Assembly: GCA_964506795.1 (NCBI GenBank)
Contig: CAZDMR010000001.1
Span: 157,173-221,172 of the forward strand
Source of the DNA: an uncultured Acidobacteriota bacterium
Lineage (GTDB): Bacteria > Acidobacteriota > UBA6911
Length of the DNA stretch: 64,000 nucleotides
Direction of reading: 5' to 3'
Positions 26,729 through 36,214 of the stretch are shown piece by piece. The notes beneath the pieces are model-generated. The model was not told where the DNA came from and made no database searches. It saw only the letters and a list, made by a program, of their open reading frames with translations. The position numbers and the translations under genes were made by a program. Each line of letters begins with the position of its first letter. Positions within the stretch are counted from its first letter, which is position 1.

Positions 26729-29311
26729 ATGCAAAAAGAAATTGAGTTTCTCCGCCGCAAGTTCCGCAACGGACGCACCGCTCTGTTTCGTCAAGTCGAT
26801 TGGACATCCCCATCGGGCGGCCTTCTCGAGGCGCATGCATCGCTTGTCGACGAAATCATCCGCCGGATCTACGCAATCTCGTGCGAATCGGCCGATCGCC
26901 GCGCCCCGCGCCATACGAATTCCGCGCTTGCCCTCGTAGCCACCGGCGGCTACGGACGAAAGGAACTGAATCCTTTTTCCGACATCGACATCGCATTTAT
27001 TCCATCGGAGGAAGAAGACCCCTGGGTTGAAGCCGCGGTTCACACGGCTTTTAAATTGGTCATGGACGTCTTTCTTTCCCTCAGGGACGTCCATGTAGGT
27101 TATTCTTTCCGCCCGGTGGCGGAAGCAAGCTCCTGGGACGTCGCGACAAAAACGGCCCTGCTGGATCTGCGCTACGTTTGCGGGGACATGGCGCTTGCCC
27201 GATTAATGCAGCGCCGCGTACGGGAAGTTCTTTCCCCGCTGGATTTAATGATTGAAACGCAATCCGCAACAAACGGGCGACAGAAGCCGGCGCGCACCTT
27301 GTATCTTGTTGAACCCAACCTTAAGGAAGGCCCCGGCTCGCTCAGGGACTTGCACCGCGCCCGCTGGATATTCCAATTGATGTTCAGCGGGGAGGAAATG
27401 GATCTTGAAACAGCGATGCGAACCCTGGCCGGAATTTCCAACCGGCGGATTGCCGAAGTACGGGCGGCGGCGGACTGGTTTCTGCGCGCCCGAACCTGGA
27501 TGCATCTCACCGCCGGCAGGCTTTCCGATGTGCTGATCACGAATTACCAGGACAGGATTGCCCGCGAGCTAGGCGACTGTTCCGCCCAGGAATGGCTTTC
27601 GAAGCATATGTTTTATTCCGAAATCCTAGCCAGATTTCGCGAGACCGCCGTCGTAACCCTTCTCCGCGGTCCCTTCTCAATTAACGGAGTGCTGTTGAAG
27701 GACGGATCCCTCCATCTGCCGGAAAATTCTACCGCCTTGAATGCGGCCGTCGGCATGTTTCAATTGTCCCAGAGATATTCGATCCCCGTGAACCTTAAGG
27801 ATCTGGAGCGGCTGGCGGAGCTGCGCGAACAAATGAATGCAACTCGGGAACCTTCCAAAGAAGAAGCGTGGGCTTTTAAGCGCATATTGGGAGAAGGCCG
27901 GGATGTGGCGCACACGCTGCGCACCTTATCGGATCTCGGATTTCTGGACAGGTTTATCCCCGATTTTTCGCTCGTCATGCGCTTTGTTCCTCCGGATCCC
28001 GCTCATCGCTATACGGTAGGAGAGCATTCAGTTCGAATGGTCGAGCATCTCGAACTGCTCCGCAGCGGAGCGGACGCGGCCGGGCGCCGTTTTACGGATT
28101 TGATCGGCCAGTGCGCCCATTTTGATATCCTCTGCCTGGCCGCGCTGCTTCACGATGCGGGAAAGCTTCTGCCGGGCGGCGATCATTCCGAAACCGGCGC
28201 GGAGCTGGCCAAGACCGTTGCGGCCAGGCTGAACCTTGCTCCCGAGAAAAGCGAGCTCCTCGATATTTTGGTGCGGCAGCATTTGTTGCTTGTGCGAACG
28301 GCCAGGCTCCACGACCTGAAATCCGCTCCCGTCATCCAGATGGTCGCAGAACGCCTTCGCGGCCCCGAAGCATTGCGCCATCTTTATGTCCTTACCTATG
28401 TCGACACCTGCGCCGTCTCGGAAGGAAACTGGACATCCATGGATGTCAGGAACATGGAAGACCTGTACCGCAGAATTCAGGAATTCTTTGATCGCCCGGA
28501 TGAAACTCAGAGCGAGGGAGCGCAGGAAGATCAGGCGGTGCGCTTACGTAAGAAGCTCGCCGCGCTTCAAACAACCAAAACGGATGCCGCTGTTTTAAAG
28601 CACTGCGACGCAATGCCCGCCGGATACGTGCTTAATACTCCCTTGGAAGAAATCTCTTTTCATCTGCAGCTTTTGGACAGGCTCGAGGCGGAAAGGGTGG
28701 TGCTGGACGTTTACAACCAGCCGGGAGAAGATTACACGGAGCTCACCGTCTGCGCTTATGACGACCCCAAGCCGGGCATATTGGCAAAAATTACAGGCAT
28801 TCTATACGGATGCAACGCGGACATCCACAGAGCCCAGGCATTTACCCTGGAGAAAGAGCCTCCGGTTGTTTTGGACACCCTTTGGATTCGTTCCAACGGC
28901 GCCCAGATTTCCGAAAACAGGGCCAGGCGAATCCGGACAAGCTTAAAAGACGCCCTCACGGGAGCCAAAACCGTCGAGCGCTTTCTTGAGGAGGCCGGCA
29001 AAAATCCCCCCAAAAGCATTGAGCTCGACGGCATCGATATGCGAAACGATCTCTCGGAAGAACACACGGTCGTTCATATCATCGCGCACGACCTGCAGGG
29101 CCTCCTTTACATAATGACGCGAAGCCTGTCGCGATGCGGACTTCATATCCATTCGGCCAAAGTCGCTACATGGAACGCTCGAGCAGAAAACAACTTCTAC
29201 GTAACTACCGCGAAGGGAAGTCAAATACCGAATAAGGACATACCTCTATGGACGGAGTGGCTTGAGCGGGTTTTAAGTGGCGATGGAGCCGAATCCTCCG
29301 ATCGAGCTTAA
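26729..29311 (+). CDS. glnD: P-II uridylyltransferase / uridylyl-removing enzyme
   Basis: GGYGRKELNPFSDID, LKEGPGSLRD, HD domain (HRYTVGEH..LHDAGK), two ACT domains. Confidence 0.94.
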   Translation: MQKEIEFLRRKFRNGRTALFRQVDWTSPSGGLLEAHASLVDEIIRRIYAISCESADRRAPRHTNSALALVATGGYGRKELNPFSDIDIAFIPSEEEDPWVEAAVHTAFKLVMDVFLSLRDVHVGYSFRPVAEASSWDVATKTALLDLRYVCGDMALARLMQRRVREVLSPLDLMIETQSATNGRQKPARTLYLVEPNLKEGPGSLRDLHRARWIFQLMFSGEEMDLETAMRTLAGISNRRIAEVRAAADWFLRARTWMHLTAGRLSDVLITNYQDRIARELGDCSAQEWLSKHMFYSEILARFRETAVVTLLRGPFSINGVLLKDGSLHLPENSTALNAAVGMFQLSQRYSIPVNLKDLERLAELREQMNATREPSKEEAWAFKRILGEGRDVAHTLRTLSDLGFLDRFIPDFSLVMRFVPPDPAHRYTVGEHSVRMVEHLELLRSGADAAGRRFTDLIGQCAHFDILCLAALLHDAGKLLPGGDHSETGAELAKTVAARLNLAPEKSELLDILVRQHLLLVRTARLHDLKSAPVIQMVAERLRGPEALRHLYVLTYVDTCAVSEGNWTSMDVRNMEDLYRRIQEFFDRPDETQSEGAQEDQAVRLRKKLAALQTTKTDAAVLKHCDAMPAGYVLNTPLEEISFHLQLLDRLEAERVVLDVYNQPGEDYTELTVCAYDDPKPGILAKITGILYGCNADIHRAQAFTLEKEPPVVLDTLWIRSNGAQISENRARRIRTSLKDALTGAKTVERFLEEAGKNPPKSIELDGIDMRNDLSEEHTVVHIIAHDLQGLLYIMTRSLSRCGLHIHSAKVATWNARAENNFYVTTAKGSQIPNKDIPLWTEWLERVLSGDGAESSDRA

Positions 29312-29333
29312 CCGCTCAAAGATTTAAGGATCC

Positions 29334-32261
29334 GTGATGCATCGAATCGTTGAAATAGCCCGCAAATCATTGGCTCCCGAACCGGTGCGGCAGGCGCTTG
29401 AGGGCGTGTCCGAATGCGTACCTTCCCGCCTGGATGATTATCCTGATTCCTTTCTCCTCGATCTGGGCCAGCTGCTGATTGTCTCGCCCCCAATGCTGGA
29501 TACGGTGAGGGCGCACCCGGAGTACTTGAGCTGGCTGCGAGACCGGTCGTCGGATGAGGGAGAAATGCGAAGCGGGCCCGCTGCTTTTCGACAGCGCTGC
29601 GAAGCCTGGAATGACGCGATCGAGGGGCAGTCGGATTTTTTTGACAGCCTGCGGGTTTTCAAGCGGCGGGAATACCTGCTTCTTTCTTTTATGGATGTAG
29701 CCAGCCGCCTTTCCTTTCAAGACATCGTGCACCGATTGTCCGAACTAGCGGACTGGGTCATTCAGACGGCGCTTCAGCACACTTGGAAAAAGCTTGCCGA
29801 AGAGGAATCCGCCCGGCCGGCGTCCTTTATACCGGAAAGCGGTTTTGCCGTGATCGCCATGGGCAAACTCGGCGGAATGGAGCTCAATTACAGCTCGGAC
29901 GTCGACCTGATTTTCTGCCGGCGCAATCCCGAAAACGCAAGGGAACAGGATTTTTTCCTAAAATTGGGTGAACGCCTTGTCGGGGTGCTCTCAAAGATCG
30001 GGCCCGAAGGATTTCTTTACCGGATCGACATGCGGCTTCGGCCCCACGGCGCCACGGGACCGCTGGCGCCGACCATCGACAGCCTTGTAAGCTACTATGA
30101 ATCTTGGGGGGAGCCGTGGGAACGGCAGGCGCTTATCAAAGCCCGCTTCATAGCGGGGAGTCCGGAAGTCGGCAGGCGTATTCAAGACTTCGTTGCCGCC
30201 TTCACTTTCTCGAGGCAGCTGGACGAATCCGCGCTCGAGGACGTCAAAAGGATCAAGCATCGCGCCGAGAAAGAGTTTTCTGTTGAACCGAAGATCCATC
30301 TGAAGCAGGGCCCCGGCGGCATTCGCGATATCGAGTTTTATGTCCAGTTTTCGCAGCTTACCATCGGATGGAAATACCCGGAGGTTTGCGAATCCAACAC
30401 TTTGAAGGCGATCGAAGCCCTGGCGCGGACGAAGGTTTTGCTCGAGGGGGAGGAAAGCGCGCTTTCTCTCGCTTATATATTTTTGAGGACTGTCGAGCAC
30501 CGGCTGCAGCTGAAAGCCTTGACTCCACAGGCTGTTCTGCCGGATTCTTCCGCGGAATTAAGTCTTCTGGCCTCCGCTCTGGGATACGGCAGCGAAGACG
30601 GCAATGCGCGGGATGATTTCTTGCGCGACCTTAATCGTCACCGCGTTCGGGTCCGGGGCATCCTCGAACGCGTGTATCTGGCTCCCGGCTACCTTCGGCT
30701 TCATGAGCGCGAAGAGGAGCTCGCGCAGCTTCTCAGCGACCGCGCGCCCAGGAGGCGAGTCCATGAACTATTGTCGCAATACGGTTTCCGCGATATCGAC
30801 AAAGCCTGGCAAAACATCCGGCTGCTCGCCCTGGGGCCGGAAGGACGATTGCTTCCGCCCGGGGAGCGGCGCTCATTCCTCGAATTTGCATTCCCCATGC
30901 TGGAGGTCTTGAAAGAGACTATTGATCCGGACAGGGCATTGCATAATCTGGAGGATTTCGCCACCGCCACCGGAAACCGAATCTCTTTTTTAAGGACTCT
31001 GGCTTCGAGGCGCCCGCATTTGTTGCGTCTCACCAATCTTCTCGCGCTCAGCAATCGATGCCGGCAGATTTTGTCGCGCCACCCTGAATACTTCGACAGC
31101 CTTGCGCGCGGAATATTTCTACATGAGGGGAGAGACGAAGACTCGATGCACGCCGAACTGCGGGAACGCATGGGGGTATCGCCGCGGGGAGAAGCGCGGG
31201 AGAACGTCTTGCGGAAATACCGGCAGCGGGAAACGGTCCGGATCGCCTATCGGGATCTGGCGGGGCTTGCGGATTCCCTGGAAATCAGCCGGGAATTGAG
31301 CGATCTTGCATCGGCATGCCTTCTCTCGGCCATGAATTGGACACGCACTCCATACACAGACCCCTCCGAAGATCGGAAAGATCCCATGTGTTTGATTGCG
31401 CTCGGGAAATTGGGTTCGCAGCAGATGCATTACGCCTCGGATTTGGACCTTATTTTCCTTTATGATGCCGAGCCCGAAGGAACTAGCCCGCAGGCACGAA
31501 GCTGCATTCAAAAGGAACAAGATGAAAGGGTTGAAAAAATCCTGGAGCTTCTGGCGGGCGTAACGCCCGAAGGAGTTGTGTATTCCGTCGATTTAAGGCT
31601 GCGCCCCGAAGGAGCCTCCGGTATACTGGCGCGCTCTTGGGAGAGTTTCCTGGAATACTCCAGAAAGCGCATGCAGCCCTGGGAGCGCATGGCCCTTGTG
31701 CGATCGAGAATGCTGACAAAAACTCGCGGCCTTCAGCAGCGATGGGATGCGCTGATTTCCGAAATTGTCTATGAATACGACTGGAATTCCGAGGCGGTAG
31801 AATCCATCCGCCATCTAAAAAGAAGAATCGAAACAGAGAAAAACCGGGAGACGCGGCACACGCTTGATTTTAAATACGGGAAAGGCGGAATCGCCGACCT
31901 GGAGTTTTTGGTTCAGTTTCTTCAAACACAACATGGTCGACGGCATCCAAACGTTCGTGCGGCGGGTTTGAATGACGCGCTTCTCGCTCTCCGCAACGAG
32001 GGCATCCTGGATGATTCCGAAGCGGATATCCTCCTTCGAGCCCACAAATTCGAGCGACTTGTCGAAAATCGATACCAGCTTATGGAAGAATGGACATCCC
32101 GGGAAGTGTCGCGCGAAGCCCCCGCGCTGGCTCGCCTTGCCGGAAGCATCGGTTACGGCAGACAAGAAGCTGCGGCCCGCAAATCCTTTATTTCCGATTG
32201 GGACAACACGGCGCGCTCCGTGCGCGCGTTGGTTGAAAAATACTTTTATTCCAAGCAATGA
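29334..32261 (+). CDS. glnE: Glutamine synthetase adenylyltransferase/deadenylase
   Basis: Two NTase halves: MGKLGGMELNYSSDVDL and LGKLGSQQMHYASDLDL; DMRLRP, WERQA, KQGPGGIRDIEF. Confidence 0.94.
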   Translation: MMHRIVEIARKSLAPEPVRQALEGVSECVPSRLDDYPDSFLLDLGQLLIVSPPMLDTVRAHPEYLSWLRDRSSDEGEMRSGPAAFRQRCEAWNDAIEGQSDFFDSLRVFKRREYLLLSFMDVASRLSFQDIVHRLSELADWVIQTALQHTWKKLAEEESARPASFIPESGFAVIAMGKLGGMELNYSSDVDLIFCRRNPENAREQDFFLKLGERLVGVLSKIGPEGFLYRIDMRLRPHGATGPLAPTIDSLVSYYESWGEPWERQALIKARFIAGSPEVGRRIQDFVAAFTFSRQLDESALEDVKRIKHRAEKEFSVEPKIHLKQGPGGIRDIEFYVQFSQLTIGWKYPEVCESNTLKAIEALARTKVLLEGEESALSLAYIFLRTVEHRLQLKALTPQAVLPDSSAELSLLASALGYGSEDGNARDDFLRDLNRHRVRVRGILERVYLAPGYLRLHEREEELAQLLSDRAPRRRVHELLSQYGFRDIDKAWQNIRLLALGPEGRLLPPGERRSFLEFAFPMLEVLKETIDPDRALHNLEDFATATGNRISFLRTLASRRPHLLRLTNLLALSNRCRQILSRHPEYFDSLARGIFLHEGRDEDSMHAELRERMGVSPRGEARENVLRKYRQRETVRIAYRDLAGLADSLEISRELSDLASACLLSAMNWTRTPYTDPSEDRKDPMCLIALGKLGSQQMHYASDLDLIFLYDAEPEGTSPQARSCIQKEQDERVEKILELLAGVTPEGVVYSVDLRLRPEGASGILARSWESFLEYSRKRMQPWERMALVRSRMLTKTRGLQQRWDALISEIVYEYDWNSEAVESIRHLKRRIETEKNRETRHTLDFKYGKGGIADLEFLVQFLQTQHGRRHPNVRAAGLNDALLALRNEGILDDSEADILLRAHKFERLVENRYQLMEEWTSREVSREAPALARLAGSIGYGRQEAAARKSFISDWDNTARSVRALVEKYFYSKQ

Positions 32262-32272
32262 GGTGGGTGTCC

Positions 32273-33604
32273 ATGACTTCGGCAAATCCTATTAACCAGG
32301 TTCTCGAAATCGCCAAGCAGGAAAGGGTGCGATTCCTTCGACTTCAGTTTACGGACATATTGGGATCGATCAAAAATGTGGAAATTCCGGAGCACCAGTT
32401 TGAACGCGCGCTTGAGGGCCAGGTGGTTTTTGACGGTTCGGCCATCGGCGGATTCCGACTGGAGGAAGCGGATATGATCCTGTGGCCTGATCCGGAGACC
32501 TTTAGGGTCTTCCCTTGGGAGGACCGGCGCGGGAAGGTCGCGCGCATGATCTGCGACGTTCGCCTCCCTGACGGATCGCCATTTTCCGGGTGTCCACGAA
32601 CCGCCCTTAAAAACATAGTTCGCCAAGCCGAAGAGATGGGATTTCAGCTGATTGTCGGGACGGAAGTGGAGTTTTTTCTGTTTTTAAGGGGGCCCGACGG
32701 CAAGGCAACCAACATCACTCACGACGTCGGCGGATACTTCGACCTTGCGCCGATCGACCGGGGCGAAGAGGCGCGCCGTGATATGGTCTCGACGCTGGAA
32801 CGCATGGGTTTTCAAGTTGAAGGCGCCCATCACGAAGTCGCCCCCGGCCAGCACGAAATAGATTTCAAACCCGTCGATGCGGTTACGGCGGGAGACAACC
32901 TCGTCACCTGCCGCTTCCTGGTGCGGAAAATCGCGATGGACAACGATCTTCACGCCACCTTCATGCCCAAGCCTTTCGTAGGCAAGAACGGTTCCGGCAT
33001 GCATCTCTACCAAGCTCTGTTCAAGGACGGGGTTAATGCATTTTCCGATCCGAAAGCAAAATATCGACTGACTCGGCAGGGCCTTCAATATATCGCCGGC
33101 ATGCTGGCGCACGCTCGCGGGATGACGGCTATCACCAATCCGTTGGTGAACTCTTATAAGCGCCTGGCTCCCAATTTTGAAGCGCCGACTCACGTCGCCT
33201 GGTCCGAGGTTAACCGCAATCCGCTGATTCGGCCTTCCAACCGCAGGGGCGAGGGAACCTTTTGCGAGTACCGTTTGCCGGATCCGTCCTGTAATCCATA
33301 TTTGTGCCTGGCCGCCGTACTGGCCGCCGGCTTGGAAGGGATTCGCAAACAAATGGACCCGGGGCCGCCGGTAAACAAGGATATTTACCGGATGAGCCAG
33401 AGAGAACGCAGCCGCCTGCGCGTCGAAAGTCTGCCGACCGATCTAAGCGAAGCGGTACGCGCTTTCCAGAAGGACAAATTCCTACAGAACGCTCTGGGTT
33501 CGCGCATCTCGGAGCACATCATTCAAGCCGAACGGACGGAGTGGCAGGAGTATATCGGCCAGGTGCATCCGTGGGAACTCGATCGTTATCTTGCGTCCTA
33601 CTAA
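32273..33604 (+). CDS. Second glutamine synthetase-family protein (GSI-alpha-like)
   Basis: LQFTDILG, FDGSAI, GTEVEFF, HHEVAPGQHEIDF, GSGMH, EYRLPDPSCNPY; about 443 aa; start 32258 or 32273. Confidence 0.9.
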   Translation: MTSANPINQVLEIAKQERVRFLRLQFTDILGSIKNVEIPEHQFERALEGQVVFDGSAIGGFRLEEADMILWPDPETFRVFPWEDRRGKVARMICDVRLPDGSPFSGCPRTALKNIVRQAEEMGFQLIVGTEVEFFLFLRGPDGKATNITHDVGGYFDLAPIDRGEEARRDMVSTLERMGFQVEGAHHEVAPGQHEIDFKPVDAVTAGDNLVTCRFLVRKIAMDNDLHATFMPKPFVGKNGSGMHLYQALFKDGVNAFSDPKAKYRLTRQGLQYIAGMLAHARGMTAITNPLVNSYKRLAPNFEAPTHVAWSEVNRNPLIRPSNRRGEGTFCEYRLPDPSCNPYLCLAAVLAAGLEGIRKQMDPGPPVNKDIYRMSQRERSRLRVESLPTDLSEAVRAFQKDKFLQNALGSRISEHIIQAERTEWQEYIGQVHPWELDRYLASY

Positions 33605-33607
33605 TTG

Positions 33608-34477
33608 CTATTCTGAATGAATCCCCCAGCTTTTAAACATATCCTTATAAAATTGCGGCTGTTCGAAATCCGGAAGCATGGACATGTACTGATCGCGATA
33701 AGAAAACATTCCTTTTTTCAGGCCTGTCATAAGCGCCGCCATCTTTACTTGAGGCACCGCGAATATCAACTCCTCTTCAAGCGTAAGCGCTCTCTGATAT
33801 TCCCCTGGATCGGGAAGCACGATGCAGTATTTCCCCGTTACAATGGGATCCACAACGCAATGCCCGCAGGACGGCAGCGACAAATGGGTGTCGACTTGCG
33901 ATCCGCCGCCGCTGTACATCATCGTGAGCAGCATCCCCCTGATTTGCGCGGGATTTGCATATATCAGGACGACATCCGGCATAAAAGAGGCGGTCTTTAA
34001 AGGAGCCGTAACCACGCCGATATATTTCCCGACATCAAAGCTTAGAAACGATTCTCCATACATCCCCATGGAAGCGGGCTTTTCCACCATTCCGTAGGCT
34101 ATGAGAGCCGTCGGACACCAGTGATCCTCCTTCAACATGGCTACGGTTTTCTTTTCCCGCCGCGACATGCCAAAGGCCTGGCACTGGGCTATATGATAGC
34201 CTCCGTCTTTTTTGGGCCGGAACGCTTCTTTAGGGATATCTTCTTCCTTCTCGAGCATTTTAACGGCCACAGGGGACGTTCTCATAATCAGCGATATTTC
34301 CAGCTCCTCTCCGTATTTATTGAACGCGCTCAACGCAGGCTCGGGATTTACCTGCTTCGGGAGAGGCTTTTTCGTGGTTTGAGCGGCGGAAATCGCCGCG
34401 CTTGATGTCCCCAAGGCTACCGCTCCGAGCCCCAGCTCCAGAGCTTCCCGTCTAGTGTATTTATTTTTCACGGACAC
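33608..34477 (-). CDS. DUF169-family protein with twin-arginine-like leader
   Basis: TRREALELGLGAVALG leader; CQAF, HWCP, PDVVLIYANPAQ motifs; GGAGGAG RBS. Confidence 0.7.
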   Translation of the reverse strand: MSVKNKYTRREALELGLGAVALGTSSAAISAAQTTKKPLPKQVNPEPALSAFNKYGEELEISLIMRTSPVAVKMLEKEEDIPKEAFRPKKDGGYHIAQCQAFGMSRREKKTVAMLKEDHWCPTALIAYGMVEKPASMGMYGESFLSFDVGKYIGVVTAPLKTASFMPDVVLIYANPAQIRGMLLTMMYSGGGSQVDTHLSLPSCGHCVVDPIVTGKYCIVLPDPGEYQRALTLEEELIFAVPQVKMAALMTGLKKGMFSYRDQYMSMLPDFEQPQFYKDMFKSWGIHSE

Positions 34478-34698
34478 TCCTCCTTAAAGTTGAAAACCAT
34501 AGGCATTTATATCTCCACCAGGTCCCGCAGGCGTTTTGCGGCAAGGCATAGAACGCCTGCGAAGGGATTAACGAGGACCCATCCGGGTGGATACCGCATT
34601 CAGCCTGAAAATTTCCCTCTCTCTCGACCGCCGTCCTCATCAAGCTAAATTCTCCATCCCGCAGTTTCAACCAAGCGCCCCCCTAATACAAGAGATAT

Positions 34699-36154
34699 TG
34701 GACACCCATTTTTTTCATGTTTTTTTTGGCTCATTTTACGAGTTCGCCATTATTACTATGAAAGGACCAAGCGATGGGTTTGCCGAGAAGCAAATATGTC
34801 CAGGAAGGGATAGAAGGAGTTTATCACTGTTTCAGCCGGTGCGTGCGCAGGGCTTTCCTCTGTGGATACGATACTGCCACAAACCGTGACTTTTCACACC
34901 GCAAGGCATGGCTGGTTGATAGGTTGCGTCATCTCGCCGGTATTTTCGCAATCGATGTTTGCGCTTACGCTGTCATGGATAATCATTATCATACCATCCT
35001 GCGCACCCGCCCCGACATTGTCGCCGATTGGTCGGATCAAGAAGTGGCAACGCGCTGGCTCGCTCTCTTCCCGCGGCATGGCGGCATTAAGGGGTCCGCT
35101 GGGCAGGCTGCCGAGAAGCAGATCCGCGCGTTGGCGTCCTGTCACGAACGTATCGCAGAGCTGCGCCGACGATTGTGCAGCCTGAGTTGGTTTATGGGAA
35201 GGCTCAATGAATATATCGCCCGCGCTGTAAACAAAGAGGAAAAAGTCAAAGGCCGCTTCTGGGAATCACGGTTTAAGTGCCAGGCGCTGCTTGACGACGC
35301 CGCTGTTGCGGCCTGCATGGTATATGTAGATTTGAATCCGATTCGCGCCCGTTTGTCCGGCAGTCTCGAAGAAAGTGACTTTACCAGCATCCAGCAGCGA
35401 ATCCGCGAATATTGCAGTCATACAACGCGCCCGAACTCCGCTTCCGACGATCACACTCAAAATATGCAAGCCAGCTTTCACCCTAGCAACAACTGTACGC
35501 CCGGAAATACTAATGAAAAGGCCGATTCTCTTCCCAAGCGTTTTTCTTCGATAAACGATTCCCCTGGCGGCGCAACTGGTTGCACATGGTGGTTGTGTCC
35601 CATTGCAACGGAAATTCATCGGCGCGGCATCCTGCCCATGACCGCAGCCGAATATTTCGATTTAGTGGACAAATCAGGAAAGCTCATTCGTTCAGATAAA
35701 CGCGGCGCGATCGATGCTACGCTAGCCCCGATTCTGCTGCGCATCGGCGCCAATCCAAAAGCGTGGCCTGAAACCATCTCACTTTTTGGGCGCAAATTCC
35801 GCCTTGCCGCCGGATTGATTTCAAATCTGCGCAATTTTGCCCATCAGCTCGGCCAACGGTGGGTAACGGGCGTCCCAACGGCCCGAACTGCATTTGCCGC
35901 ATCGCCATTGCAATCGGCCTGACTCATTGCAGCCCCCGCACACCCTCTCTGGAAACACGGTGGAAACCACTGATTTCCCCAATTGCTGCAAGCGTCTTTC
36001 GATTTCATGCCTACCGGTTGTTGCGTTGCAACTTCAATTCCTCACTGCTCGCTTTGGAAGCCTATCCTGCTTGCTTTAATCCCTCGGCCCAATGAAGCCC
36101 CAAACTGGAATTACTGGTCTCGAATCAAGAAAAATAATGATTAATGGATGTCCA
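34699..36154 (+). mobile_element. RAYT-like element 2 bounded by TGGACACCCAT ... ATGGATGTCCA
   Basis: Imperfect inverted 11-mers (10/11) at 34699 and 36144; leader homologous to element 1. Confidence 0.6.
34774..35922 (+). CDS. IS200-like Y1 (HUH) transposase, paralog of 3881-5029, 382 aa
   Basis: YHCFSRCVRRAFL, NHYH, YVDLNPIRA, EYFDLVDKSG. Confidence 0.9.
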   Translation: MGLPRSKYVQEGIEGVYHCFSRCVRRAFLCGYDTATNRDFSHRKAWLVDRLRHLAGIFAIDVCAYAVMDNHYHTILRTRPDIVADWSDQEVATRWLALFPRHGGIKGSAGQAAEKQIRALASCHERIAELRRRLCSLSWFMGRLNEYIARAVNKEEKVKGRFWESRFKCQALLDDAAVAACMVYVDLNPIRARLSGSLEESDFTSIQQRIREYCSHTTRPNSASDDHTQNMQASFHPSNNCTPGNTNEKADSLPKRFSSINDSPGGATGCTWWLCPIATEIHRRGILPMTAAEYFDLVDKSGKLIRSDKRGAIDATLAPILLRIGANPKAWPETISLFGRKFRLAAGLISNLRNFAHQLGQRWVTGVPTARTAFAASPLQSA

Positions 36155-36214
36155 TGAATTAAATTATGCTAAAAAAGATGCGTTTAAAAATTGAACTTAT
36201 TTTCAAAGGGCAAA

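Noticed and set aside
32263-32273. Exact GTGGGTGTCCA (reverse of the REP-like 11-mer) between glnE and glnA2, plus ATGGGTGTCCA at 43421
   Set aside because: The first overlaps the RBS/start and the second is inside tkt coding sequence (GHP codons); isolated copies without partners can be chance.
34461-34698. Small ORFs upstream of the DUF169 gene (69 aa in track; 30-aa MRYPPGW...)
   Set aside because: No RBS or recognisable motif; the region is better explained as promoter plus inverted repeat.
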